NCBI GenBank assembly: GCA_965199495.1
Contig: CBDASK010000003.1
Coordinates: 2,752,001-2,816,000 of the forward strand
DNA: 64,000 nt
Direction: 5' to 3'
Source: Abditibacterium sp.
GTDB lineage: Bacteria > Armatimonadota > Abditibacteriia > Abditibacteriales > Abditibacteriaceae
Part shown: positions 17,401 through 29,353 of the stretch, one piece after another
Position numbering within the stretch: position 1 is the first letter of the stretch
How the letters are laid out: each line of letters opens with the position of its first letter
Notes under the pieces: generated by a model
The model's input: only the letters and a program-made list of their open reading frames with translations
The model's database searches: none
Told to the model about the DNA's origin: nothing
Translations under genes and position numbers: made by a program

Positions 17401-20400
17401 GCGTGGAGTGTGCGTTTTAATCGGGTCTTGTGAGATTGAAATTCGGTTTCCTTGCGACGCGCGTTTTCTTGGTCGCACGTTTTAATCGGGTCTTGTGAGA
17501 TTGAAATTCTCGTAGAACGCCGAGCCGACGATGACAAACGAGTTTTAATCGGGTCTTGTGAGATTGAAATCCCGCAACAGGCGCGCATTGCGCGACGTAT
17601 CTCGTCGTTTTAATCGGGTCTTGTGAGATTGAAATTTTGCTCGACCTTGGCGCGCCCGGCGTCAATTTGCGGTTTTAATCGGGTCTTGTGAGATTGAAAT
17701 GATTTCTCGCACATGAGACAACACAATCGCTTTGTGTGTTTTAATCGGGTCTTGTGAGATTGAAATACGGTGACGGGGGCACATGGCGGCGAATTGGCGC
17801 TGTGTTTTAATCGGGTCTTGTGAGATTGAAATGGCGGGCACTCGCTTCGCTATCACCGGGGCCGCTTTTTGTTTTAATCGGGTCTTGTGAGATTGAAATC
17901 AAAGTGCGGGCGACACGTTGAAAGCGGCGGGCGTGCGTTTTAATCGGGTCTTGTGAGATTGAAATTGCACATAATCAGAGACATAACCCAACGCCACAAG
18001 CGGTTTTAATCGGGTCTTGTGAGATTGAAATGACTTCACAAGCGAGCGCAAGCGCGCTTCCTCATCCTGGTTTTAATCGGGTCTTGTGAGATTGAAATTG
18101 CGCTGACAGACTGGCAGGAATGAATTTGGTATGAGTTTTAATCGGGTCTTGTGAGATTGAAATAGGCCGACGCGCTGGTGTCGGCGTCTCGTTTTCTCAG
18201 TTTTAATCGGGTCTTGTGAGATTGAAATCGATGCGCGGATTGGCGATGCGGCGCACGATGGGAGCCGTTTTAATCGGGTCTTGTGAGATTGAAATCGATT
18301 TGCAAGAAATACGATCTGGTGTATTACGGTGGTTTTAATCGGGTCTTGTGAGATTGAAATGCTTATAAGGCGACCAGCCGTTTTTGTTCATCAAATGTTT
18401 TAATCGGGTCTTGTGAGATTGAAATTCATGGAACACGAGCGGCCAATTTCGGAGCGCTATTGTTTTAATCGGGTCTTGTGAGATTGAAATTGGAAGTCGC
18501 CGTAGAAACGCGCAAATACGAATATCGTTTTAATCGGGTCTTGTGAGATTGAAATACAACAGCGACATTAATCGCATCGAAGTCGGCAAAGGTTTTAATC
18601 GGGTCTTGTGAGATTGAAATAAAACAGCATATCCGCTTCAACGGAAACAATAGTTGTTTTAATCGGGTCTTGTGAGATTGAAATCAAACGCCGCCGCACT
18701 CCGACATCCGCGAGATTCAGTTTTAATCGGGTCTTGTGAGATTGAAATTAGCGTTTTCGCGTTTTGTCCACTTCTGCGGCGGCGCGTTTTAATCGGGTCT
18801 TGTGAGATTGAAATCGCTCGCCTTCGTTCCAGTTCCTGCGCCTCGGCTTCGAGTTTTAATCGGGTCTTGTGAGATTGAAATATTCTGCGCGGTCGGCGTC
18901 CTGCGCCAGTTGAAACGGTTTTAATCGGGTCTTGTGAGATTGAAATCGTTTTTGCGCAATGTTTTCGCGAATTTGTGGACGGCGGTTTTAATCGGGTCTT
19001 GTGAGATTGAAATACGGCACGGTTCGCGGCGCCCCGGTGCGCCGAAACGTGTTTTAATCGGGTCTTGTGAGATTGAAATACTGTTCCAACTTGTCTTCGT
19101 AAACTTGCGAATTGAGTTTTAATCGGGTCTTGTGAGATTGAAATTCATCAATTTGAACAAGGCGGCGTTTTCCTTTCATGGGGGTTTTAATCGGGTCTTG
19201 TGAGATTGAAATACCTCACCTGATATTCAAAGACGTGGCTCCTAAAGAGTTTTAATCGGGTCTTGTGAGATTGAAATTCATGCAACTCGAATGCGACGAG
19301 GCGGACGCGCTCGGTTTTAATCGGGTCTTGTGAGATTGAAATAATGCCACGCTATCAAGGAGGGCGGGCGCCAATGCGTGTTTTAATCGGGTCTTGTGAG
19401 ATTGAAATCTTATAGAGAACGCGCGTGACGCGCGCAGTAATCAAGGTTTTAATCGGGTCTTGTGAGATTGAAATGATGGAAGAGATGGTTTTTCGCGAAG
19501 GTTACGAAGCGGGTTTTAATCGGGTCTTGTGAGATTGAAATGTTTCCCCCACTATTCCCGGCTTTACGCCGGATGAGTTTTAATCGGGTCTTGTGAGATT
19601 GAAATCCCACTGCGCCACCGTGACAAGGCCCGCATCGCTCCACGGTTTTAATCGGGTCTTGTGAGATTGAAATCTGCTACATCGTCGCGCGAAGGCAATC
19701 GCTCGATGAAGTTTTAATCGGGTCTTGTGAGATTGAAATGTTCGTCGGTCGAGACGCGCGCGCATAAAATACAACGTTTTAATCGGGTCTTGTGAGATTG
19801 AAATCCTGGGCCTTGACAGTGCCTTCGGGCAAAGGGAAGGGGTTTTAATCGGGTCTTGTGAGATTGAAATCTGGGCGCACGCAATCGCGCCCGGCGCGAT
19901 GTCGTAGTTTTAATCGGGTCTTGTGAGATTGAAATTTTTCATCACGGGCGGCAACTCGCGCAAACGCGCGAGTTTTAATCGGGTCTTGTGAGATTGAAAT
20001 AACAGATTCTCGAAGCCGGTCGCCGATGGGATTTACGTTTTAATCGGGTCTTGTGAGATTGAAATAGACAACCTGCCGCTTGCGCCCGTTTGCACGCGCC
20101 AAGGTTTTAATCGGGTCTTGTGAGATTGAAATGCTCGGTGTCCCCGACCTGCCCGCTATCGAGGTAGTAAGTTTTAATCGGGTCTTGTGAGATTGAAATC
20201 TGTCGCTGTCGAGTTCGGTGTGCAACACGGCGTCGGTTTTAATCGGGTCTTGTGAGATTGAAATCGCGCGTAAAACGTGCGAAAGCCACCGAACTTATTG
20301 GTTTTAATCGGGTCTTGTGAGATTGAAATGCGCGCCGTTCCAGTCGGTCGCCTCGCAACTCGTTAGTTTTAATCGGGTCTTGTGAGATTGAAATATTTAT

Positions 20401-23027
20401 GCGAACGCATCGCGGCGTATCTGGTTTTGGGGTTTTAATCGGGTCTTGTGAGATTGAAATTTGGATGGCGCGACGAGCGCACGACTCAGGGCGAAGTTTT
20501 AATCGGGTCTTGTGAGATTGAAATTTTGAATGGGATTGATCGAGAGAGAAAAGCGGGCAACGTTTTAATCGGGTCTTGTGAGATTGAAATGAGCAACTCG
20601 TCAAGCTCAAGCTGTCGCGCAAGTTGCGTTTTAATCGGGTCTTGTGAGATTGAAATAACTGCACCGCGACAAAGACGGCAACCCGAATTTGAAGTTTTAA
20701 TCGGGTCTTGTGAGATTGAAATTCATAGTAATAATCGCCTTGTCGGTCGTCCGATGTTGGTTTTAATCGGGTCTTGTGAGATTGAAATAAGTGTCGGACA
20801 TGACGACCGCGCGGCGTTTGGCGCGCGGTTTTAATCGGGTCTTGTGAGATTGAAATTGCCGCCCGCATCATTCACTTGAACCGATTCCAGGGCGTTTTAA
20901 TCGGGTCTTGTGAGATTGAAATTCACCTTTACGAGCGCGCGCTACTGCGCAAGGCGATGTTTTAATCGGGTCTTGTGAGATTGAAATAACGTCGCCGTTG
21001 TCCCAGCGCTGGGACGAAAGCGGGTTTTAATCGGGTCTTGTGAGATTGAAATCTTATGAATATCCTCAAGCCCGTCGTCTGTCTGGCGCGTTTTAATCGG
21101 GTCTTGTGAGATTGAAATAGAGCTGTGTCATCGGCGCGTTTCGCAAATATCTCCGCGTTTTAATCGGGTCTTGTGAGATTGAAATATTTGTCGGTGGCCA
21201 CCAACCTGACGGTCGAGCAAGGCGTTTTAATCGGGTCTTGTGAGATTGAAATGCTTCTTTTCGTCGTCAATAACGTCGCCGAGAGCTGTTTTAATCGGGT
21301 CTTGTGAGATTGAAATGACGTTCGAGCGGGCGACATTATAACCGGAGACGGGCGGTTTTAATCGGGTCTTGTGAGATTGAAATATTTGCCGGGGCTTCCG
21401 GCGCCGATTCGCGCGGCGGGTTTTAATCGGGTCTTGTGAGATTGAAATGAGATTCCAAACGCCTTGAATCACGGCGGGAATTCCGCGTTTTAATCGGGTC
21501 TTGTGAGATTGAAATTATTGATAGGCGCGCGACTTCTGCAACTGGAAGCGTTGTTTTAATCGGGTCTTGTGAGATTGAAATAAATCAACGCTCCATATCC
21601 GCGTCCATCGCTTCGGGAGTTTTAATCGGGTCTTGTGAGATTGAAATTTTAATCGCGCGACTTATCGCCGGGTGATTATGTCCGTTTTAATCGGGTCTTG
21701 TGAGATTGAAATGTTTTCTCGACGCCCGCCACGATGCCCGAAAACTGGGTTTTAATCGGGTCTTGTGAGATTGAAATGCTTTGCACGGCACGCGGCACCC
21801 TGCGCCAGTGCGGGTTTTAATCGGGTCTTGTGAGATTGAAATTTTTAACAACATTATTGTAACAATGTCCCGGTTTTTTGTTTTAATCGGGTCTTGTGAG
21901 ATTGAAATGGAAGGTTGAAATGGAGGAGGCTGCATCCGCCCTAAAAGTTTTAATCGGGTCTTGTGAGATTGAAATTAACTTGCGTCGTCGTAGGAGATGT
22001 TTTGGCCGCGATGTTTTAATCGGGTCTTGTGAGATTGAAATCTCGACAAAGGTCGCCTTTGCGTCGTAGGGCAAACCGGGTTTTAATCGGGTCTTGTGAG
22101 ATTGAAATATGGAACCGGAGTCGAGACTAAAACTCGCTACTTCAGTTTTAATCGGGTCTTGTGAGATTGAAATTGATGTCCACTCAGGAGCGAGTGGCGA
22201 TTTTTGGCAGGTTTTAATCGGGTCTTGTGAGATTGAAATACCAATAGACAAAGGGCAATCCTTGGCCACGAGTATTGGTTTTAATCGGGTCTTGTGAGAT
22301 TGAAATGATTCACGCACGTTGGCGGTCTTATCGCCGCTTTGAGTTTTAATCGGGTCTTGTGAGATTGAAATGCCTCTTTGTCACTCTTGCAATTCTTTCA
22401 AAGGCGGTTTTAATCGGGTCTTGTGAGATTGAAATTGCGTAACGTAGCCAGTCGCGCCGGGGTCGTCGGCCGTTTTAATCGGGTCTTGTGAGATTGAAAT
22501 CACGCTCGATGCCCTGCGCAGCGTCAACCTCAATTCGAGTTTTAATCGGGTCTTGTGAGATTGAAATACGTTTTGGGTTCGGCGAAAGACATAGCCGAAG
22601 CAAGTTTTAATCGGGTCTTGTGAGATTGAAATAATGAACGCGGGGTTTGGAAGCGACGGGCTTAACCGGTGTTTTAATCGGGTCTTGTGAGATTGAAATT
22701 TGGCGAAAGTCGGCGGCGTCTAATAACCATTTGTGGGTTTTAATCGGGTCTTGTGAGATTGAAATGACAGTTGGACGCCGACCCGATGTTGGCCGTTGGC
22801 GAGTTTTAATCGGGTCTTGTGAGATTGAAATTGACAAATCGCCAAACTCTTTTCGATCCATTCCCGAAGTTTTAATCGGGTCTTGTGAGATTGAAATGCT
22901 GAACGGCACCGGGCACGCGGCGCAATACGCGCATGTTTTAATCGGGTCTTGTGAGATTGAAATCATTAGCCGCTGCCGGTCATTCGACGCTGCTCGTTGT
23001 TTTAATCGGGTCTTGTGAGATTGAAAT
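14476..23027 (+). CRISPR. CRISPR array; repeat GTTTTAATCGGGTCTTGTGAGATTGAAAT (29 nt); about 130 units
   Basis: First repeat 14476-14504, last 22999-23027. Spacers are about 34-39 nt. The unit count is estimated from a period of about 65 nt. The ATTGAAAT 3' end and leader position give + orientation. Confidence 0.99.
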
Positions 23028-23092
23028 GCTTCATTGCGCCTTATTTGAAAGTTTTCTGTTGCTTCGATATTTGCAACGAGACTTTTGCAATT

Positions 23093-25174
23093 ATGCTTAT
23101 TCAAGCTACTCCTTATCCTTCTACTGCTCAAGTTGATGCGACTTTCGATTACTTTGGCACTCAGGTTCGCGATCCCTATAACTGGTTGGAAGATGATAGA
23201 GCCACGGCGACAGAAGATTGGGTCGAGGCCGAGAACAAAGTGACTTTTGGTTACCTCAATCAAATTCCGTTTCGTGCAGATTTGCGCAAGCGACTGGGCG
23301 AAATCTACGATTATCCCAAATATTCGGCGCCCTTCAAAAAACGCGATCTGACCTTTTTTAGCAAGAATGAAGGTTTGCAAAATCAGTCGGTTTTGTGGGC
23401 GCAAAAAGGCGCCGATGCTCCTGCCGAAATCTTGATTGATCCGAACACTTTATCGGAAGACGGCACAACTCGGTTAGGCGCTTTCGTGCCCTCGAAAGAC
23501 GCGCATTACGCGGCTTATATGCTTTCGCAGGCGGGCAGTGACTGGCAGCAGATCAAAGTGATGGATTTGCAAACCCGGCAAAATTTGGCGGACGACATAG
23601 AGTGGGTGAAGATTAGCGGAATATCATGGGCCGGACGTGGCTTCTACTATTCGCGCTATGACGAACCTCAAAATGCCGACAAAGCCTATTCCGACAAGAA
23701 CGAATACCACAAAGTTTTCTTTCATCAAGTCGGCACCGCGCAATCCGAAGATCAACTTATTTATCAGGATGAAAATCCAGCAAACGCTCAGCGCTTTCAT
23801 GTCGCCGGAACGACCGATGACGAGCGGTTTTTGATTCTCAATGTGTCGGATCGGGGCAAGGGCAAAGACGGCAATCAGGTCTGGGTGCGCGACACCAAAA
23901 GCGATAACCCCAAATTCGTTTTAATCAGCGATGATTCGTTCACTTACCAATATAGTGTTATCGGTAACATCGATGACAAATTGTTGGTGCAAACCAATAA
24001 AGATGCGCCCAACGAAAAAGTTGTTTTAGTCGATCCAAACGATACCAAAGAAGAAAATTGGCAAACCATTTTGTCGGAACAAGAAGAACCCTTGGTCAGC
24101 GTTTCGCAGGTCGGCGGCAAGCTCATCGCCAAAACCATGAAAGACGTGACGCACCGCGTGCGCGTCTACGACGAAAACGGGCAGTTCGAGAACGAAATCG
24201 AGTTGCCCGCGCTGGGAACCGTCGGCGGTTTTGGCGGCGAGGAAGACGACAAAGAAACGTTTTATACTTTCACCTCTTACGCCTATCCGCCGACGATTTA
24301 TCGTTATGACATCGCCAGCCAAACTTCGACAGTTTTCCGGCGCCCGGAAATCCAAATCAACCCGGCGGATTACGACGCCAAACAGGTGTTTTATCCGTCG
24401 AAAGATGGGACGCAAATCCCGATGTTTATTGTTTCTAAAAAGGGCATCCAATTAGATGGTAATAATCCGACGATTTTGTATGCTTACGGCGGTTTCAATA
24501 TTTCTTTGAATCCCGGATTCAATCCGCTCAACCTGGTGTGGCTGGAGCAGGGCGGCGTTTATGCTGTGGCCAATCTGCGCGGCGGCAGCGAATATGGCGA
24601 AGATTGGCATCAGGCCGGAATGAAGCTCAAAAAGCAGAACGTCTTCGACGATTTTATCGCGGCGGCGCAGTATCTCAAAACCAGCAAATATACTTCGACC
24701 GAAAAACTGGCGATTCAGGGCGGCTCCAATGGCGGTCTGCTCGTCGGCGCCGTGATGACGCAACGTCCCGATTTGTGCAAAGTCGCGCTTCCGGCGGTCG
24801 GCGTGATGGATATGCTGCGCTATCACAAGTTCACCATCGGCTACAACTGGGCCGCCGAATATGGTTCCGCCGACGAAGACGTGGAGACGTTTCGTAATCT
24901 CTATGCTTATTCACCGTTGCACAACTTGAAACCCGGCGTGGCTTATCCAGCGACATTGGTGACGACTGCCGATCACGATGACCGCGTCGTGCCCGCGCAT
25001 TCGTTCAAGTTCGCGGCGACTTTGCAAGAAATGAACGCTGGCCCCAATCCGGTTTTGATTCGCGTCGAAACCCAGTCCGGTCACGGTTCGAGTAACACCT
25101 CGAAAGCGCTCGATGCGACCGTCGATGTGATGGCGTTTACCATGTGTAATTTGGGCATGGATCCGAAGTTTTAG
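23093..25174 (+). CDS. Prolyl oligopeptidase (S9A)
   Basis: DPYNWLED, YGGFN, GGSNGGLL (catalytic Ser), DHDDRV and GHG motifs. Confidence 0.95.
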   Translation: MLIQATPYPSTAQVDATFDYFGTQVRDPYNWLEDDRATATEDWVEAENKVTFGYLNQIPFRADLRKRLGEIYDYPKYSAPFKKRDLTFFSKNEGLQNQSVLWAQKGADAPAEILIDPNTLSEDGTTRLGAFVPSKDAHYAAYMLSQAGSDWQQIKVMDLQTRQNLADDIEWVKISGISWAGRGFYYSRYDEPQNADKAYSDKNEYHKVFFHQVGTAQSEDQLIYQDENPANAQRFHVAGTTDDERFLILNVSDRGKGKDGNQVWVRDTKSDNPKFVLISDDSFTYQYSVIGNIDDKLLVQTNKDAPNEKVVLVDPNDTKEENWQTILSEQEEPLVSVSQVGGKLIAKTMKDVTHRVRVYDENGQFENEIELPALGTVGGFGGEEDDKETFYTFTSYAYPPTIYRYDIASQTSTVFRRPEIQINPADYDAKQVFYPSKDGTQIPMFIVSKKGIQLDGNNPTILYAYGGFNISLNPGFNPLNLVWLEQGGVYAVANLRGGSEYGEDWHQAGMKLKKQNVFDDFIAAAQYLKTSKYTSTEKLAIQGGSNGGLLVGAVMTQRPDLCKVALPAVGVMDMLRYHKFTIGYNWAAEYGSADEDVETFRNLYAYSPLHNLKPGVAYPATLVTTADHDDRVVPAHSFKFAATLQEMNAGPNPVLIRVETQSGHGSSNTSKALDATVDVMAFTMCNLGMDPKF

Positions 25175-25189
25175 GTTGTGGGCAAAAGC

Positions 25190-25229
25190 AAAAAAGGTTC
25201 GCGCAATGAGAATTGCGCGAACCTTTTTT
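25190..25229. terminator. Bidirectional intrinsic terminator
   Basis: AAAAAAGGTTCGCGCAAT-GAGA-ATTGCGCGAACCTTTTTT between convergent genes. Confidence 0.85.
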
Positions 25230-25247
25230 ATGAATACATCAATCCTG

Positions 25248-25384
25248 TCCTGTCATTCTGAGCGGCGTGAGGCACGAACGAAGTCGAAGAATCCACAGGT
25301 TGCGCGTTGACTTCGCTTTCACTTGGTTCAGAGTCGTGGATTCTTCGACTTCGTTCGTGCCTCACGCCGCTCAGAATGACAGGA
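25248..25384. repeat. REP-like palindrome, family B (GTCATTCTGAG...GTGAGGCACGAAC...GAAGAATC)
   Basis: About 49-bp perfect arms. Related to 59838-59981. Confidence 0.88.
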
Positions 25385-25397
25385 TAAGGTTTGACAA

Positions 25398-26522
25398 TTA
25401 CTTCATCAAAATATCGGCCATCTCCAACGCTTCGGGCGTCGCGTCACGCGTGATGGATTTGCCGTCGTCGTCGGTCAAATCTTCGAGCGGGAACGGCACG
25501 ATGTCCTGACCTTTCAAAGCCGCCATCACGCCAAAGTTGCCCGCCGCGACGTAATCCGCCGCCGCGATGCCCATACGCGCGCCCAAAATGCGATCAACCA
25601 AAGTCGGTTCGCCGCCGCGCATCAGGTGCGCCATCACAGCCACGCGCGTGTCCCAGCCCAACGCTTTCTTGATTTCGTAGGCGCACCAATCGCCAACGCG
25701 GCGCTCTTTGAGAATCGGATGGCCAAACGAATCAATTTCGACCGCCGATTCGCCCAGTTTGGTGCCCTGCAAACCTTCGGCGATTTCCTTGGCCCATTCG
25801 TCCAAATCGGGATGGTCGGCGCCTTCAGCCACGACGACCAGAGCGTAGTTGCGGCGCTTTTTGACTTCGCGCAATTTGGCGAACATTCCCTGCAAATCCG
25901 CCGGGTTGCGTTCGGGCAACAGCACGTAATCGGCGTCGGCGGCGATGGCGGTATAAAGCGCCGTCCAACCGGCTTTGCGACCGAAAACTTCTAAAACAAT
26001 CACGCGATTGTGGCTATCGGCGGTGTCGCGCAAACGCTGTAACGCCTCGACGGCGAGGGTCACCGATGTGTCGAAACCGAAACATTGGTCGGTGCCATTG
26101 ACATCGTTATCCATTGTTTTGGGCACGCCGACGCACGGAACGGGTTTGTCCAGATTATCGCCTTTAGTCAAACGCGACGCGACCGACAAAGTGTCGTCGC
26201 CACCAATCGCGACGATGGCGTCCAAGCCCAGCTTTTCGACGTTTTTCAATAAGTTCGGCAACGCTTCGGGCGTTTTGGGGTTATAGGCGTTGGTGCGCGA
26301 GGTGTGCAAAATCGTGCCGCCCTGTTTGATAATCGGGCGCACATCGTCAACGCTCAATGGTTTGGCGTTCGGCTCGTCTTTGGTGAGCGAGGCCCAGCCG
26401 TTTTGCAGCGCGACACATTCGATGCCATGATCGGCGGCGCGCGTCACGATGCCTTTGATCGCGGGGTTGAGGCCGGGGCAATCGCCGCCGCCCGTCAGAA
26501 TTCCAATTTTTTTAACTGCCAT
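25398..26522 (-). CDS. pfkA: 6-phosphofructokinase
   Basis: ILTGGGDCPGLN, GGTILHTSR, IGGDDT, PKTMDND and EVFGR motifs. Confidence 0.92.
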   Translation of the reverse strand: MAVKKIGILTGGGDCPGLNPAIKGIVTRAADHGIECVALQNGWASLTKDEPNAKPLSVDDVRPIIKQGGTILHTSRTNAYNPKTPEALPNLLKNVEKLGLDAIVAIGGDDTLSVASRLTKGDNLDKPVPCVGVPKTMDNDVNGTDQCFGFDTSVTLAVEALQRLRDTADSHNRVIVLEVFGRKAGWTALYTAIAADADYVLLPERNPADLQGMFAKLREVKKRRNYALVVVAEGADHPDLDEWAKEIAEGLQGTKLGESAVEIDSFGHPILKERRVGDWCAYEIKKALGWDTRVAVMAHLMRGGEPTLVDRILGARMGIAAADYVAAGNFGVMAALKGQDIVPFPLEDLTDDDGKSITRDATPEALEMADILMK

Positions 26523-26587
26523 GATGTTTGATTTTCTCCAGAAATGGGGACGAGGAAAGGTTATCAAACTTCGCTTAAACTTGGCCC

Positions 26588-28456
26588 ATGAAACGGTTCT
26601 CGCTGTTTTTTCTCGCTCTCATGCTCTCATCCGCCGCGCGCGCGCAAACTTTCGATGTCGACTTCGCGCGCGCCTCGGACGAGCCGCCGCTCGTTAAAAC
26701 CAAGTTCGGCGTTTATCAGACGCCTTTGGTAACATTGCCGCGTTTGCTCGATTCGATTCCGCTTTTGCGCGAAGCGGGCGTGCGCGATTTGCGTTACGAA
26801 ACCGGTTGGGGCAAACCCGACGTTACAGCGTTCGATCAAATCGATGGCACGCCCGCCCATTTAACTACTGATTTCTCGATGCTCGACGCGTTTATCGGAG
26901 CTTTGCAGCGCGCGAACGTGCGGCCTTTGCTGGCGCTAACTTATAATCCAACGCCGCTTCAAACGCGCACCGAGTGGGCGCGCTGGAAAGATATGCCGTC
27001 CGATTTGAACGCGTGGCGCGAAATCAATCGCGCCTATGCCGCGCATCTCCAAACTCTGGGCGCGCACGCGAGTTACGAAGTTTGGAACGAGCCGGATATG
27101 CCCGAACCGAATGGCAAAATGTTCTTCACGGGCGACGCCGATGATTACGCGCGTTTATATTCGCAATCGGTCGCGGGCGTGCAAAGCGGTGACGCCGATG
27201 CCCTCGTTGGCGGCCCGGCGGCGGCTTACGATTTGAATTATCTCAAACCGTTGCTCAATCAGCCGCTCGATTTCGCCTCGATCCACGGCTATGACAATTA
27301 CGCTGGTCAAATTGCCAATATACGCGGCGCCCTCAAAGAGCGGCCTGACGTGCCGATTTGGCTGACCGAATATGCGTCGTTCTCCGATTTGCCCGCCAAC
27401 GGCCCGCAGTCTCGGCACGCGGGCGCGATGCGATTTTTCCGCGACGCCAAAGGTTTGCTCGCTTTGACCGACGTAACGCGCGTTTACTGGGCGCAGTGGC
27501 TGGATGCGGGCGACGCGCCCGGCATGGGTTTGATCACGTTCGACGGCCATCGCAAAGCGATTTATAACGCCTTCAAAATTTATGCGATGATGCCGGTTGA
27601 CCGCAATTTCGTCGGCGCCGACAACGCGCAGGGTTTGGACGCGATGGCTTCGTCGGACGCGCACCGCGCGAGCGTCGCAGTCTGGAACACCAGCGACCAA
27701 GTCCAAACCGCGACCGTCAATTTGAGCGGTTTGCCATTCCGAAATGGCGTCTTGCAAACTTTCCGCATTGACGCCGATCACGCGAGCTATGGGGATAATC
27801 CGGCGTCGGAAACGCTGACGCCGACTCAGACGACGCCGTTTCGTGGCGTGCAGAGTCAGATATGGCGCGGCGAAGTGCCCGCCCAAAGCGTGGTTTATCT
27901 TCAAGCTTCCGATGCAGCCACGCCGCCCGTGGCTGCATCGCACACTGCGGCGAAAATCGGCGATTGGGTGCGCACTTACCATTGGTTTCCCGACCGAGCG
28001 ACGGGCAGTTTCGCCGATTTCGATGCGCAAAGTGGCATCGTTCGTTTGGGGTCAGGCGAGGCCAACGAATTGCAAATCGGCGTGCTGATAGACAATCCGG
28101 CGCGCCAACTCAAAATTCGCGTCGAACAATCGAAGGAGCAACAATCGCATATTTCAAACGCCGGGGCTTTGTGTGGATTACGACTCGATTTTGCGGCGCG
28201 CGACGGGAGTTACAGCCGCAGCGTTTTCGTTCACAATCAAAACGATGCGGCGGCGCGCAGGGCCACTTTACCGTGGGGCAAAGGTGGGAAATCCGACGCG
28301 TTGGTCGCGCAACCGGACATCAATAAAGGGCGAGAGTTTACGCTCAATTTAACGAGTTTGGCCCCGCCGGATTGGAACGAACGCCGCGTGATGCTGAGCT
28401 TCGTTTTGCGTGGCGCTGGGCGAAATGCGCGCGCCAAATGGATGATTGAGCGTTAA
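26588..28456 (+). CDS. Secreted glycoside hydrolase, GH39-like
   Basis: Signal peptide; YEVWNEPD acid/base motif, VGGPA, SIHGY, and WLTEY nucleophile motif. Confidence 0.8.
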   Translation: MKRFSLFFLALMLSSAARAQTFDVDFARASDEPPLVKTKFGVYQTPLVTLPRLLDSIPLLREAGVRDLRYETGWGKPDVTAFDQIDGTPAHLTTDFSMLDAFIGALQRANVRPLLALTYNPTPLQTRTEWARWKDMPSDLNAWREINRAYAAHLQTLGAHASYEVWNEPDMPEPNGKMFFTGDADDYARLYSQSVAGVQSGDADALVGGPAAAYDLNYLKPLLNQPLDFASIHGYDNYAGQIANIRGALKERPDVPIWLTEYASFSDLPANGPQSRHAGAMRFFRDAKGLLALTDVTRVYWAQWLDAGDAPGMGLITFDGHRKAIYNAFKIYAMMPVDRNFVGADNAQGLDAMASSDAHRASVAVWNTSDQVQTATVNLSGLPFRNGVLQTFRIDADHASYGDNPASETLTPTQTTPFRGVQSQIWRGEVPAQSVVYLQASDAATPPVAASHTAAKIGDWVRTYHWFPDRATGSFADFDAQSGIVRLGSGEANELQIGVLIDNPARQLKIRVEQSKEQQSHISNAGALCGLRLDFAARDGSYSRSVFVHNQNDAAARRATLPWGKGGKSDALVAQPDINKGREFTLNLTSLAPPDWNERRVMLSFVLRGAGRNARAKWMIER

Positions 28457-28534
28457 TAAAGCGTTTCAAACCGTTACACATTCTTACGATTTAGTAGAAC
28501 CATCGGGCTTAATTCTCGCTCTAACCAAGTTACC

Positions 28535-29266
28535 ATGAAAATCTCACTTTCTCTTGTGGCGGCCAGCGCCGCCTTATTGGTTCCGCTTGTCGCCCACGCA
28601 CAGCCACGCCCGCCCGCACAGCTCAATCCCGGCGTGGCCAATGCGGCGGCGCAACGTTCGCAGCAAAACGATATTTTGTATTGGTATAACCTGTTGCCAC
28701 CGCAAATCTTTGGCGCGATGGGCAACGCCGACCGGCTCGAATTGCTTCAAAGCAAAGACGCGATTTACGATAAGAATCGCGGTTTCATCGAAGTGATGGC
28801 GCCCGGCGACCCCAACCAAAACGATGTCGAAAAGCTGCAGGTCAAGCTCTATCGTGGCAATCAGGGTTTGATGATCGCCGTCAGTCAGATCGTGTGGAAT
28901 CAGCCGCGCGTCAAGGGCGCATTGGCCTTCTTCGCGCTGGACAGTACCGGCCAGTTGATGGATGTCACCAAGCAGGTTTTTCCCTACGATTTGATGGCAG
29001 AGCAGGGCACGCCACAGAGTCAACCCAACGCTCCCGATGCTAACGCGCCCGACGGTAACGCGCCCGCCACGGATGGCCAAAACCAGAACAGTGCGCCGCC
29101 GATCAACGCTTATCTTTCGGCCAGAGGAACCACAATTGAGACGGGCGTTCCCGAAACGAAAAATAGTGGCGCGCAGTATGTTTGGGATAACCAAACCTTC
29201 GTCAAACGCGAAGCCAATGGCGATAACGCGCGCAACGATGCGCCCGCAGACGACGAGCAACCATAA
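28535..29266 (+). CDS. Hypothetical secreted protein
   Basis: Signal peptide ending AHA, a low-complexity N/P/A linker, and a downstream terminator. Confidence 0.65.
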   Translation: MKISLSLVAASAALLVPLVAHAQPRPPAQLNPGVANAAAQRSQQNDILYWYNLLPPQIFGAMGNADRLELLQSKDAIYDKNRGFIEVMAPGDPNQNDVEKLQVKLYRGNQGLMIAVSQIVWNQPRVKGALAFFALDSTGQLMDVTKQVFPYDLMAEQGTPQSQPNAPDANAPDGNAPATDGQNQNSAPPINAYLSARGTTIETGVPETKNSGAQYVWDNQTFVKREANGDNARNDAPADDEQP

Positions 29267-29281
29267 GTTTCTCTGCGCCAG

Positions 29282-29324
29282 ACAAAACGACGCCCGCACA
29301 ATTTCCGCGCGGGCGTCGTTTTGT
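29282..29324 (+). terminator. Intrinsic terminator
   Basis: ACAAAACGACGCCCGC...GCGGGCGTCGTTTTGT. Confidence 0.7.
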
Positions 29325-29353
29325 TGTAGGCGGCGGTTTGTTACAATTGTCCC

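Noticed and set aside
14513..23018. Many ORFs with repeating ISISQDPIKT / FQSHKTRLK / VLIGSCEIE
   Set aside because: These are translations of the CRISPR repeat.
23051..23078. GTTTTCTGTTGCTTCGAT as a degenerate terminal repeat, resembling 6091-6107
   Set aside because: It is only 23 nt from the last repeat and has little similarity to the consensus beyond GTTTT.
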